Assembly (NCBI GenBank): GCA_951406725.2
Contig: OX597835.1
Location: 47,678,001-47,742,000 of the forward strand
From: Octopus vulgaris
Lineage: Eukaryota
DNA length: 64,000 nucleotides
Direction of reading: 5' to 3'
Below, piece by piece: positions 1 to 15,906 of the stretch. The notes below the pieces were generated by a model. It was not told where the DNA came from. It did not search any database and saw nothing but the letters and a program-made list of their open reading frames with translations. A program made the position numbers and the translations under genes. The stretch's first letter is position 1; every line of letters starts with the position of its first letter.

Positions 1-127
1 TTCAAGCACCCTTTCGTATAATTCTACGTTCTTCGTCCAAGCATAAAGGTGAAGGTGCTGACTTGTTATGTCATGGTTGGCCGACCACTAGATTTCTCCA
101 ATGTAATATAACTTACTATTTATACAA

Positions 128-209
128 TTCTTCTTCTTCTTCTTCTTCTTCTTCTTCTTCTTCTTCTTCTTCTTCTTCTTCTTCTTCTTCTTCTTCTTCT
201 TCTTCATCT

Positions 210-248
<39 letters not shown>

Positions 249-290
249 CCTCCTTCTTCTTCTTCTTCTTCTTCTTCTTCTTCTTCTTCT

Positions 291-361
<71 letters not shown>

Positions 362-369
362 TTCTTCTT
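128..369. repeat. (TTC)n microsatellite with TCC interruptions
   Basis: Seen directly. It explains the poly-S/K/R ORFs at 63-515. Confidence 0.98.
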
Positions 370-899
370 TTTCTCACTCTCCTCCTCGTCCTCACCGTCC
401 TCGACCACCTCCTGTTTCTTCTTCTTGTTCTCCCCCTGCCTTCCCCGTTCCGCCTCCTCTTCCTTCTCCTCTTTCTCCTCCTCCTCCTCCTCCTCTTAAA
501 CTCATGCATTAACAAAATACGATGTCACACACAACAACCACACACACCCTGTCTACCATTTATCTACAGAAAATGCAAGGCTCAACCGAATAACTATAGC
601 AAAATAGCCCCAGATAAAACGACAAAAAGAAAAGAAAAAAACAAACAATAGAGCACCAAAACAACTTTGAAAAAGACCTGTACAACAAAAGAGTAATAAA
701 TGTTACATAAATATAAACAGTAAAAAAGGAAGGGAAATACCCAATAAATAAATAAATAAATAAACAAATAAACAAGAAACAATCTTCCGGTGTAGTTTTG
801 TGTTCAGTCCAAGTTGTCTTAATGTTCACCGAAACAGATTCGTTATTTTGACAAACCAAGAAAAAAGACCCCCAAAAAGATACACCAGAGCACCATATA

Positions 900-1845
<946 letters not shown>

Positions 1846-2236
1846 ATGTGGCTTCACGCTTAGAAGCACAATCGCATATCGATATGAGCATACAAATGTA
1901 TGTCCAGTATTGTTATGTTTTTTTGTTGTTGTCCTTGTTGTTGACCTTCTGTCCGCCCTTTAGACCTTCGTTGTGCGCTGTATCTTTTCTGTCAGATTCG
2001 GTGGAGGTTGGCCTGGTTTGGTGGAACGGCTAAAAAATTGCCTCACCCTGCTTCGAATAAGTTGTTTGCAAACTAATGGTAGAACATCGGAAAAATACAG
2101 TTTGCAGGATATATATATATATATTAATGTATCAATCATACATACATACATACATACAGTCATACATACATACATATATACATATACACACATATAAATA
2201 TATATAAATATTGGAAGGTTTGGAGACGATGTACAA

Positions 2237-2305
<69 letters not shown>

Positions 2306-2570
2306 TATGTGTATGCATATATATATATGTGTGTGTGTGTGTGTGTTTATATGTATACACACATAAATATATAGATGCGTATATGATGTGAAATCGTGTA
2401 AATAATAGCCATAGTAATAATTATATATGTATATATACATACACCTACTTATATATACATATTTATATAAACAAATATATACATAACTCTATACTTACAT
2501 ATATATATGTATATATATATATATCTACATATATGTATTTGTGCATATGTATATAAATAAATACATGCAC

Positions 2571-2621
<51 letters not shown>

Positions 2622-2826
2622 TACATACATACATACATATATATATATACACACACAAATGTACATGTACTTGTGTATCTTTTTATTTTTCTGTGCACTT
2701 TGAGTGTGTGCATATGTAAACACATATGTGTGTGTTTCTGTGTAAGCGTATGTGTTTGTGGGCGGGTGTATGCGTGTGTGTGTATGCATGCCCGGATGGT
2801 TGTGTGTGTGTGTGTGTGTTTGTGTT

Positions 2827-2871
<45 letters not shown>

Positions 2872-3315
2872 ATTCGTACAGAAAAACTCTCTTCGCCCTT
2901 CGCCCTTACTATTTGTACACAAGGGACGGAATTTGGATATAAGGGTTAGCAAAATTTGACAAGCTTCTATTTTGATGCATTGGTTACGAAGGACGCCACA
3001 AGGATAAAGATGAAGAAGAAAGGGAAAAAAATAACTTGTATTTCTTTATGGAATCCTTTCGTGTTGAAGGCTGAAGATGGATGGAATAGACTCAAGCATA
3101 TTTTGTTTTGCATTTCTCTCAAAGCATCTTCTAAAAAACGAACCGTTGCTGGTTTTGTTTTTCTTACGTTTGAAAGCAGCCATAGATCTCTGTAAGCATT
3201 TCTCTCTCCCTCCCTCCCACTCTCTCCCCCTCTCTCTCTCTCTCTGTATATATATATATATGTAGATATATATAATAGAAATGCTTACAGAGATCTATCT
3301 ATGTATCTATTACAG

Positions 3316-3352
<37 letters not shown>

Positions 3353-3407
3353 AAGAGAGATTGAGTGAGAGATATAGATAGATGGGTGGTATAGATATAT
3401 CGATCTA

Positions 3408-3447
<40 letters not shown>

Positions 3448-3470
3448 CATATATATATATATAATACATA

Positions 3471-3506
<36 letters not shown>

Positions 3507-3508
3507 TT

Positions 3509-3582
<74 letters not shown>

Positions 3583-4600
3583 AAATAGTCAGTATATAAC
3601 TTAACTTATTCAACAAAGTTCAACAAATTCATTCATATTTATGAAATGAAAGAGATTGGATGTTAAAATGGATTATAGTATATTTTTCCTATGCAATATT
3701 TTCATATAGATAGACCCAGATATTTATATGAATATATGGGTATGATAGATAGATAGGTAGATAGATAGATAGTGAGAGAGAGAGAGGGAAGGGTGGATGG
3801 GTATTGAAGAGATAGATATGTAGATTGAAAGAGAGAGAGAGAGAGAGGGAGAGAGACGGGTAATAGATGAACAATAACATAGCTTTTGATTGTATGTTTT
3901 TATCGGTGCCGAATATTATTAGTTTACCGTAGTTTAATAACGGCAAGCAAGGTGACAAATCAATGCACAAAAAAGTGGTCCATTTTGAGAAGCATCAGAA
4001 CTTTCGGTTTTCCTCGATGACGTTACATCGATGACAAATTTCTACATATACATGTACCAACCTATCTGCTTACGTACCTACCTACCTACTTCTATCGAAA
4101 ATCATACATGTACATATATAAGAACACGTGAGCGCAGTTTATACCTTCGGCAGCTTCAAGCTTACGTCTCCGTTGTTAACACTTATCTTTGAATGCAGAA
4201 TTTAAATCTTGCAAGAAAAGCAAATGGAAATCTGAAAACGGTTATAATGAAATTCTGTTGCAAAAAAAAAAAAAAAAGAATTCTTTTCTGAAAACACTTC
4301 AAATGAAATGTCTTCCGCCGAAGCAGGTCAAAAATCAAGACGGCTGGAACTTGGCCAAAAGTTGTTTCATATGATGCGTGCAAAGTGCTAATAGTTCTGT
4401 TCTTTTGTTCAAACCGTCAAGTCAGTGAACAAAGTTTAAAATTTTTCTCTCAAGCAAAACTTTCGTTGTATTACTGTTGTGAAGTACCGTTCCTATAGGT
4501 TTATGCCTTATCTAAAGTCGAGCAGGAAATTTGGAACGCATGAGGACGAGTGTGAGCGCGTGCTTGTGTGGGTCTGTGTGCGTGTGTTTACTTGTGTATT

Positions 4601-4658
<58 letters not shown>

Positions 4659-4752
4659 GGTTAGATACCTGTATATATTTACAATATACATACATACATG
4701 CATATATACGCATGCAAACTTACAATCATGCGTAAAGAAATATGTATATATA

Positions 4753-5245
<493 letters not shown>

Positions 5246-5652
5246 TAATATCATTTTTATCTATGTATCTCTCTCTCTCTCTCTCTCTCTGTGTCTATCT
5301 ATCTTTCTATCTATACATGCATACATATATATACACAAACATACAAACACGCACATACATATGCACACTCATAGACACACATGCACACATGCACAGATAT
5401 ATAATTAACGGGATAAATATGCTGCCGTCAGCATTTGTCGGTGTTGGTGGTTTTTAAGGATATTTTCATAATAAATGTGTTATAAAGTGTATCAAAGTAG
5501 CGATGTATAAATTTGTGTATCTATCAAAGCATTCTTGCGCGTGCCTCTGCGTATTTACGTATTTATGTGTTGAAGTATGCGATGTATGCTTATATGTTTG
5601 TGAGTCTATGAAGGATACAGTCTGTCTACCTCTGCTTTGCCTGTCTGTCTGT

Positions 5653-5692
<40 letters not shown>

Positions 5693-5785
5693 ATGTGTAT
5701 GTGTGCGTACATTTAGAAGTATGTACATATATATATGCATATATGCATATATATAAGTATTTCTAAATGCACACACACATATATG

Positions 5786-5868
<83 letters not shown>

Positions 5869-5931
5869 GTACATATATCTGTATACATATATATTATATA
5901 TATACATATATCCATACACACACAAAAAAAA

Positions 5932-5991
<60 letters not shown>

Positions 5992-6030
5992 GAAATGACA
6001 TTTCACACCTAAACTTTCACATGTAAACAT

Positions 6031-6124
<94 letters not shown>

Positions 6125-6522
6125 ATGCATATACATATAATTGTATAAATATCTTGGGTGGGGCGTGGTGTAGAGGGGGAATGTGTGAAAGTCTGGGCGT
6201 GTATGTGTCATGACATGGTGTGAACGTGTATACATATGTGTGTTTGTATGTGTATATGTGTGTATGTATGCATATGTATGTGCTTGTTTACAGGATGTGT
6301 GTGGTCATATCACAGAGAATGTATGTGTTTACGTGTTTGTGGGTCAATTGACTTACACTTTAAACTGCTTAACACTGTGACATTTCAGCCCAGTCCCACG
6401 AGGAACGACGGGACTCTCTGACCATTTGAACTTCTGGCAGTGTTATTATTGACCGGCCTCTCCAGTGTGTTATTTCTGCGTTGTTTTTTTTCTCTGTTTG
6501 ACTTGGCTTCCTTTTTCTATCT

Positions 6523-6554
<32 letters not shown>

Positions 6555-6870
6555 GGTGGGATGGTAGTGGTGATAGTAGTAGTAGTATTAGTAGTGGTGG
6601 ATGTAGTAGTAGTAGTAGTTATTGATGTTAGTAAGATTAGTGGTGCTGGTAGTGGTATTAGTAGTGGTGACCCTGTAAGCAAATGATGTTGTTTAGCAAC
6701 CGGTCAAGCCTTATAAACCTATAGACCGAACACATTCCGTCCGTGGCCATTCCACATATTTCACTGACAGGTGCTCTATTGGTCGTCCATTTTTATTTTC
6801 CTGCGTGCAATCCAACCCAATGTGTTTAATCGTACAATTTGATAATCTGGGCATTATACTTCTCTCTCTT

Positions 6871-6914
<44 letters not shown>

Positions 6915-7204
6915 TTTCTCTCTCTCTTTCTCTCTCTCTCCCTCTCTCTCTCTGCTCTTCTCTCGATTTTTACCTTCTTGCACATACACGTGCATGCTTC
7001 AACTTGTTATGGTTAATATTATGGCTGTGCAGTTAGGCAGTCTGAACACGAACTCTCTTTCTACTGTCCAGTCTACTTCCGTACTCTTAACTATTGTACG
7101 TACTTCAAAATGTTGAGGTGAATCCTAATCTGTGCAGCTTGACAGTCTGATCATATACTCTCTCCTCTACTCTGTGTACTCTCCCATACTGCCGTGTGGT
7201 TTAT

Positions 7205-7465
7205 TAATCTTGGGCAAATGTCATTTCCCATGGCTTCGGTTCGACTCGGTTCACATTAAGAGCGAAGTTGGAAAGACTGAAACTGTAAGGAAGTCCATCG
7301 GATGGACTATAATTATAATCCAAAAGTATATCTTGTGTTTATCACACTCTCTGTCACGTAGATTACGCCCGAGAATTCGCATCAAGTGGACATGAGTGCG
7401 CGGAATACTCAGCCATTTTATGCGTTAATTCAGGAACAGGTTATTCAGTCGATCCACCGATTGAA
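7205..7465 (+). mobile_element. Old mosaic SINE: family-A-like CORE segment joined to a family-C-type tail
   Basis: cttgggcaaatgtc...gaaactgtaaggaagtccatcg resembles the SINE A middle. ctctctgtcacgtagattacgcccgagaa...ctcagcca...gttaattc resembles the tail of the elements at 54059-54205 and 59755-59890. Confidence 0.55.
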
Positions 7466-7488
7466 TCTTCATTATGGAACGATTCAGA

Positions 7489-8002
7489 ATGTGTATGAAT
7501 GTAAACTAATTTTATATGAAAAATATGTTGTCTACTGACTATTTTATGCCTGTTAGCCACTGGTAGAAAATTTCTCCACTCTAAAATTTATTTTCTTAAT
7601 ACGATTTTAGTAATTTTGAAGAAAGTTGGCACATAAACGGGGGATTTGAAAAATTATAATGTATTAAGATGAGACGTGCTCTCTAGTTGTCTCATAATTA
7701 TACGATAATTATTAGCACCCTTGGTCATGAAGAACACGGATAACAAATTATCTTATTTGTTTCTTAATGTTCGAAACCTAGGTGTAAGTGGTAACTTTTG
7801 AAAATGTTTTTATTTTTCATCCCCTTCGAAAATACTCTTAACCGTGGTTTGGACATTGGCTATTCCTTTTAGCATGTAAGGTGTCCTGTTTGTGTCACTT
7901 CTTTTGTGTATGAATGTACACTAATTTTATATGAAAATATGTTGTCTATTGACTAGTTTATGCATGCTAGCCAGGCACTGGTAGAAAATTTCTCTACTTT
8001 CT
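7489..8002 (+). repeat. Diverged ~95-bp direct repeat (7489-7581 and 7905-8002), possibly tandem PLE pseudo-LTR ends
   Basis: tgtgtatgaatgta(a/c)actaattttatatgaaaa...cactggtagaaaatttctc occurs twice about 415 bp apart. The PLE assignment is inference. Confidence 0.75.
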
Positions 8003-8035
8003 CTATCTTATATATATATGTATATATATGTATAT

Positions 8036-8275
8036 TGTATTTAGGAATGGTCATTTTGCCAGTTTAGCTAATAAAAACACACACACTATATATTTGGTGT
8101 TACTTTGCTTCAGCGTTATTTCTTTTTTACATTAATCTTAATCTTATTTCGGCCAGAGTTCTTTCGTTACACTCCTGTGACCTCATCAGTGGTCCTTTGC
8201 TCTCTTCTTTCTTATTTGTGTGTCTCTCCTAACTAACGGTCAGCCATTTTGTATTTTGTATTTTTATTGTATGTG
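8036..8275 (-). mobile_element. PLE-type pseudo-LTR-like non-coding element with a minimal hammerhead-like motif
   Basis: It shares sequence with 51375-51530 (ctgaNgaggtcac...gtgtaacg and ...tttatt...ggcaaaa...gacca). It lies next to (TA)n. Confidence 0.6.
8151..8195 (-). ncRNA. Minimal type I hammerhead ribozyme-like motif
   Basis: The minus strand reads ggacca CTGATGA g gtcac-aggagt-gtaac GAAA gaac TC tggcc. The core is intact, stem II has one mismatch, and helix I is cca/tgg. Confidence 0.6.
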
Positions 8276-8425
8276 TCTTCATTTGCGCATGTGTATACCT
8301 CTATCTGTGTCTATGTTTAGTTAGTGTGTGTGTGTGTGTGGGGGGGGGAAGTGCCTGTAATATTTGTATCTCCTGTTTATATACGTTCGTGTAATTTGTT
8401 TTTTGTTTTTGTTCTTGTTTATTTT

Positions 8426-8474
<49 letters not shown>

Positions 8475-8482
8475 TATATATA

Positions 8483-8629
8483 TACGACGGGTTTCTTTCA
8501 GTCTCCATTTAAGTATTCTACTCACAAGGCTTTGGTCGGCCAGAGGCTTTCGTTACCCAAGGTGCTACGCAGTGGGATTGAACCCAGAACCTTGTAGTTG
8601 GGATGCTAACTTCTTACCACACAGCCATG
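8483..8629 (-). mobile_element. SINE family A, 5' half
   Basis: tacgacgggtttctttcagt...ctcacaaggctttggtcggcc...cttaccacacagcca matches the other A copies. Confidence 0.85.
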
Positions 8630-8679
8630 TCTCTTTCTTTTTAAAGATGTTTTGGTAAAGTTTGGTGGAAATTTGGCCC

Positions 8680-8861
8680 AGTGGTATTTCATCCGTCTTT
8701 ACGTTCAGAGTTCAAATTCCGCCGAAGTCAGCTTTGCCTTTTCCAGCCTTTCGGAGTCGATTAGATAAGTACCGGCTTCACAGTAGGGAGGATGTGTTCG
8801 ATATAATCGATTAGCCTCCTCTCACAAAATTTCAGGCCGGGTGCCTATAGTAGAAAAGATT
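8680..8861 (+). mobile_element. SINE family B monomer, 5'-truncated
   Basis: It contains gagttcaaattccgccga (B-box-like), ctttgccttt...cctttcggagtcgat and the tail tgcctatagtagaaaagatt. Confidence 0.85.
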
Positions 8862-9954
8862 GTTTGCAGGCAACTACATAAAGGATTCCCTCAAAGACTC
8901 CTCGTGTAGAAATTATCGTTGTTGTTGTTGTTGTTGGTGTGGTGGTCATGGTGGCGGTGGTTGTGGTGGTGGTTGTGGTGATGGTGGTGGTGTCAGAAAT
9001 GATGGTCATGGTGACAATAGCGCTGTTGTTCTTGTTGTTCTCGTAGTTATTGTTGTTGTTGTTGTTTTGGAGGTGGTGGGGAGATGTAGCGAGCTTTGGC
9101 ATCAGTGATGTTGTAATGAGAGTGATAATGATGTGAATGATATTAATATTAATGAGCTTATTAGATGAGGGTGATGATGGCGGCGGCGGCAGCGGTGGTA
9201 GTGACGCTGGTGATGGTGGTTGTGTCGTTCGATGGCGGTGGTGGTGGTAGCGGTGATGACGATATTGGTAACGATGGTAGTGATGATGATGATGATGATG
9301 ATGACGATAGTGGTGGTGGCTGTGGTGATGGGGGTGGTAGTTGTCACCATGGTAGTGATGATGATGGCGGTGTCGATACAGATAAAAATCCCAAATTCTG
9401 ATAATGTTTCCGGTCTCATTTTCGCCAAAGGGTAAATTGATGAAGTAGGGTTGTCGCCGGGGCGTGGCGGTGGGGTGGGGTGGGGTGTAATGTCTTCATT
9501 GTTGTTGTTGTTGTTGTTGTTTAAGGATGGTGGTGGTCGCACTGGTGATGGCAGAGGTAGTGTTGTCATTGTTGATTGTGGTGGTGGTGGTAGAAACACT
9601 GCCGATAACAATAGTCGTGGGAGTGGTGTTATTATTGTTAGCAGCAGCAGCAGTAGCAGTAGTAGTGGTAGTGGTGGTGGTGGTGGTGGTGATAGAAATT
9701 GTGGTGGTAGTTGTTGTAGTGGTACTGATGATGATAGTGCTCTTGCGCTAGTGAAAAGTCAAGGCATTGTTGCTTGTATTACAAGTGATGGTGGTCATGG
9801 TGTCGGCGGCGGCGGCGGTGGTGGTGGTGGTGGTGGTGGTAGTGGTAGTGGTGATGATGATGATGATGACGATATTTAGTGTTGGTGTAGATGTTGTCTA
9901 TAGAGTTGGTGGTGGCGGTGATAGTAGAGCTGATAGTCTTAGTAAGAGCATAGT

Positions 9955-10168
9955 TGTTTAGCCCCAGGTCAGTCCTGATTCAGCTTAAAATCAAACCTAC
10001 GATCATCAGCATTGCAGCTGAGACCAGCTCCTGTGTTTTGTTTTCTTTTGCCCAAAATGCAGTGAACTAAAAATTGCATTGTCTATAATTACATAACTTT
10101 TCTTAAGAATTTAAACATGATTTGTGGTCAGTTTTGCTAGTATTTCTAGCGGATGAAATAACCAGGTC
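9955..10168 (+). repeat. Old interspersed repeat; related pieces at 16765-17040, 36395-36465 and 12487-12512 (-)
   Basis: Shared motifs are ccccaggtcagtcctgat...acctacgatca...cagctg(a/t)gacca and (g)atttNgct(a/g)ctatttctag. The class is unknown. Confidence 0.4.
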
Positions 10169-10476
10169 ACATGCATGTGCCTGTGCTATCATGTGGAATC
10201 GAATTCAGGACCTCATATTTGCGAAGAGAACGACTTAACTACTCACCCTTGTCTATGTCCACAATTATACCAACGTATAAGAAGTTAAGCGTAAAGACAG
10301 GATATTATTGTTCACAGACGTATTTGAGCGTTTTGGGTGGAACCAATGCAACGTTCATTGCTGCTGTATTCACTTGACATTTTATACATATGAGGCTGAA
10401 AATCACTTGGAGACTCTGGGCGTGTTTTAAAACCTGCGGAGATAATATCTTCAATTTATGAAACTATTTTTAGCTC

Positions 10477-11324
10477 TTATTTACATCATTTACATTATTT
10501 ACATTTGACGGATATTTGTCCTCATCTTGTTTGTTGTTAACACAATCTTTTGATAGCGAACTTTTCTTCCTTAGTGATGTTTAGTTTAGGAGGTTTTGCT
10601 TTTTCTAGTACCTGTCTCACTTTCCACCCTAGTTCATCTCCCTGAGCTTTTGTTATCTTTACGGCTATCTCTTCAATAGGGGCTTTTATGTCCAAGTATG
10701 GAATGCGCTTGATGGCTGTCACAAAGCTGAGACCTTTGTTCAGTACTGCTTCTTCAGAGCCTTCTAGATGTCGGCTACTTACATTAATTGCTGCCTTCAC
10801 AGGCGGGTGATGGACTTCAGTCTTCATTCTCTGAGCCTTGAGTTTCATAAACTTCTTAATCTGGCGTGGCGTGTCTTCACCATTTCAAATTCTTTCATGC
10901 ACGACTTTTCTAGATCTTGCTGGATTCTCCTTCTATCATCATCTCTGGTCGTTTTCCTCAGTAATGAAAATAATCTCTCTTTGATTTCGTTATTTAGTTG
11001 ATGTTTTTCCCCAACGATTGTAATGGATATTCTCACGGACGAGGGCATGTCCCACCCTTTCCGCTACTCTTTTAGCTTTATGTGAATCGACTGGTGTCTT
11101 TATATTCAAGCCAGGTGGCATTAGCTTTGAGTATCTACATCTACACAAGAAAGATGGTTTGAAAGACGAGTTAGTTTTTAATGGATGTTCTCTATATGTC
11201 TCTTTTGAAGTCTAACGTCGGCTCCGTACCGATTAGATAATACAGTTCATTACTTTAGAGATGAGGAAATATGTAAATAATGTAAATAATGTATATAATT
11301 CCTAATCTTTTAAATATAGAACTG
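10477..11324 (-). mobile_element. Internally deleted Penelope-like element with a 12-bp target-site duplication
   Basis: It is flanked by tatttttagctc at 10465-10476 and 11325-11336. It has inverted (ttacattat)n/(atgtaaata)n ends and a terminal hairpin at 11241-11326. Confidence 0.85.
10546..11200 (-). pseudogene. Penelope/Poseidon-type ORF N-terminal region, upstream of the RT domain, frameshifted
   Basis: INVSSRHLEGSEEAVLNKGLSF and PPKLNITKEEKFAIKRL match the PLE motifs N(L)S...L...E..VL.KGL.F and N(L)T.EE..A(L)K.L. An upstream FLCRCRYSKLMPPGL-like segment is present. Confidence 0.85.
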
Positions 11325-11441
11325 TATTTTTAGCTCAAAGCTATATACGACGTCCATAAAATAATATCTCTCATCAGATGGAGTATATTGACAGTTGGCC
11401 GAGATCACGTACCGAACACTTGACATTTTTGTTATAATACG

Positions 11442-11595
<154 letters not shown>

Positions 11596-11937
11596 GACTA
11601 TTGAGTGAGAGAGCAGTGCATGTCATCAAAGTGACACTGGGGCAAAATATATGAAGCCCGGTATACCTATCATAACTACCCGTCAAATAAGGGTACACCA
11701 GGCACATACATCACAACCATATGTGCGCGACATGGTGATCTCATATCAAGATAAACAGCACATGACCTTGCAGCGGGGTGGTGAGGCAGTTAGAATTTTC
11801 TTCTGGTCGAGTAGCCCATCCCGTTCAAAATGTCCCTGAATAAAGGGTGTTTAAGGTTGTTGAACGGAACACCCATGTTTTCTGAGGTGAATTATTCAAA
11901 CCCCAAAGAATCCCTCTCATGGCTATGACGCTCCCCC
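11596..11937 (-). mobile_element. Probable 3' UTR of a non-LTR retroelement ending in (TAA)n
   Basis: A complex, GC-balanced 340-bp block abuts (TTA)n directly and has no ORF. The class is inferred by analogy with 51613-51882. Confidence 0.4.
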
Positions 11938-12222
11938 TATGGTGCTTATTCAAATAAGCAAGCATGTTAAGCACATCAGCTGCCTAACGGATATCATTAT
12001 GATTTCGACACCTGGGCAGTGGTTTCTGTGTGTATGTGTGTGTATATGTGTACGTATACACTCACACACACATACACGTACACTCAAACGCACATATGTA
12101 TATAATGAAGTTATAAGTATTTATAAACTTTCTAGGGACATTCCATAAAACTATAAACAATAGCATGCACCCACATATATACATATGTATACATACATAC
12201 ACACACGCGCATATGCACATAT

Positions 12223-12273
<51 letters not shown>

Positions 12274-12298
12274 CACATATATATACATACATACATAT

Positions 12299-12345
<47 letters not shown>

Positions 12346-12362
12346 GCAATAATAATTTCTAA

Positions 12363-12418
<56 letters not shown>

Positions 12419-13345
12419 CATATACACATACATATATGCATATGTATATATTACAGAAACAGAAAGCTTCAACACCGTCGTTGGAATTCCTAGAAATAGC
12501 AGCCAAATCTCTTTCATATCTCATATTATACTCACCTTAACGCCTAGGTATGCATATGTGAGTGCTTGTTGTGTAAGTGTGTGTATGTGTGTGTGTGTAC
12601 GTGTTTGTGTTGGTGTTTGTCGGAATATTTATCTATGTGTGTGCGTTTGAACTGCTATTTCTACCGATTCCCTTCAGTCTCCACCCCTACCTCTTCCTCT
12701 CAACATCATGTTGTTTTTTTAAATTTTTTCTCTATGTTTGTTTCAGTTTTCTTCTTTTATTTCGTCTTTATTTATTTTTTTTTACTGATGTTGCTTTCGT
12801 TGTTGTTTTTACTCTTGTTGTTGTTGTCGCTGATTGTTGTTGTTATTGTTGTGGTTGTTACTGCTGTAATTTTATTGCTATTATTTGGACATTGATCAGC
12901 TAAAAGCTATTAAGAACCAATCGTTAGTGGACTCTCATCACCTTCTTCTTTTTCCTCCTCCTCCTCTTCCTTCTCCTCCTTCACCCCCTTTTACTCCGTC
13001 TCCTTCTCGACTTCTCCCTCCTACTCTATCAATTCTCTCTCTCTCTCTCTCTTCTGCATCCTCTCACTCCTATCGTTACCCTCCATCTCGCATCTCTTCC
13101 TCCTACTTTCTCCCATTTATTTCCCCCACAGCCCCATCACCGCCACCATCCCCCTACGCTTTCTCTCTATCTATATAATAGCAAGGCACCACAAAGACAT
13201 CTAACGGGAAACCATTTTAAAAACCCGATCGTGGAAACCAGATCAAAAGCACAATGTTCCTGTGTGAGAAGGCCCAACCTATTAGAGGAAGGGAGGAGAG
13301 TCTTTGGAGAATACTCTGGCAAAAATGTTTGTATGTATTGTTGCA

Positions 13346-13856
<511 letters not shown>

Positions 13857-14088
13857 GTAAAAGTGAAAACGTTATTAAAGCAACGGACAGTCATTTTCCT
13901 CCAATTAAGAGCAAGCAAGAGAGGGATGTGGTGATGTGTGGACGGGTGGGGTGGAGGAGAGAAGGTGAAATATCCCACCGCCATCACCAGCACTAACAAC
14001 AACAACAACAACAACATCAACAACTGCAACTACCGTACCCAATGTCCTGATATTTCACACCCTCCGCGTAAAAACTGCGATATACATA

Positions 14089-14216
<128 letters not shown>

Positions 14217-14751
14217 TTGTGTGTGTGTGAGTGTGTGTGTATGTATTTATGTATGTATGTGTGAGTGTGTTTGTGTAAATGTGTGTATATATAAATATAT
14301 ATATAAAACTTTTAAATATACAGACACATACATATATGAATATATGTGTGTGTATATATATCTATATATTCATAGGTATATATATATATACAAACAATTA
14401 TAAGAAAACAACAGCAACATCACTAACAGGAACAACCGACACCAACCAACAAGATAATGAAACCGTATATACGTGTGCGCGCATGCGTATGTGTATGTGT
14501 GTTTTGCATGTAAGGGTGCGGGAAAATGTGTTTGTATTTATATACACAGGTATAACAAATATATTTGTATTTGTGTGTTCAAGCACTCACACACAAACAA
14601 ACACACACACACACACAAACACAAAAACACAATCACACGCATACACAATTATATATATATATCGCGCGATACACGTGTATATATGTATAAATATGTATAT
14701 ATCTATCTCTCAACTCTGTTTCTCTCTTTCTCTCTCTCTCTCTCTTTATAT

Positions 14752-14810
<59 letters not shown>

Positions 14811-14856
14811 TATATATGCATATATATGCATATATATATATATATATATACACACA

Positions 14857-14913
<57 letters not shown>

Positions 14914-15026
14914 CAAATATATATATATATACGTGTGTGTGTATCTCCGGGTATAATAGATTAAACAATAAAAGAATTGAATTAAAGAAAAAACTACAAC
15001 GACAACCAAAGTGTAAGTAAGAGAGA

Positions 15027-15084
<58 letters not shown>

Positions 15085-15265
15085 AAGTGTGAAAGAGAAA
15101 GTGACTGAGGGAGAAAAAGCGAGAGAGGTGGATATAGTGACTGTATATATGCGTACGGTTTATGTGTACATCTGTATATATATGTGTATATATATGCGTC
15201 TTGTGTGTGCATACATATGCATCTATATGTATATATGTATGTGATACACACACACACACACACAT

Positions 15266-15297
<32 letters not shown>

Positions 15298-15566
15298 CAT
15301 ATTATATCATAAACACATATATATTGTGATGTTGATGATGATGATGATGATGAAGTGGAACCGCTGTGCACTTCACAGCAACGTTGTTCAAATATTTGGT
15401 AAGCACAGGAGTTTGCAAATGCATTTGTGTACCTGGGAATAAATGAACTTAGATATGTATGCATATTCGCACACATAGATGCGTACACAATACACATACC
15501 TACATATATGTATGCGTATACACACACACACATATATATATACTTACAATGTGTTTATACATGTAC

Positions 15567-15601
<35 letters not shown>

Positions 15602-15672
15602 GACGTATATACATATACTCACAAACACACACACACGCACTCACACACACAGACACACACACACACACACAC

Positions 15673-15726
<54 letters not shown>

Positions 15727-15846
15727 TATACGTATACATATATAAATACGTTTGTACAATTCGATATATGTATTTATATATCGGTTGAAAGCGGCGTCTA
15801 TAGTTTAGATATTTGTGTGTGTGTATACATGTATACATGCATACAA

Positions 15847-15906
<60 letters not shown>

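Noticed and set aside
1-128. Minus-strand NCINSKLYYIGEI resembling a GIY-YIG half motif
   Set aside because: A stop follows immediately, the downstream R...H motif is absent, and the match is too short to support.
3068-3100. Other CTGANGA occurrences (3071, 11372 rc, 21892, 39786)
   Set aside because: They lack a paired stem II followed by GAAA and UH, so they are chance matches and were not counted as hammerheads.
8915-9930. Gly/Val/Asp-rich ORFs resembling glycine-rich structural proteins
   Set aside because: This is a degenerate GGT/GAT/GTT trinucleotide field open in multiple frames, with no splice or codon evidence.
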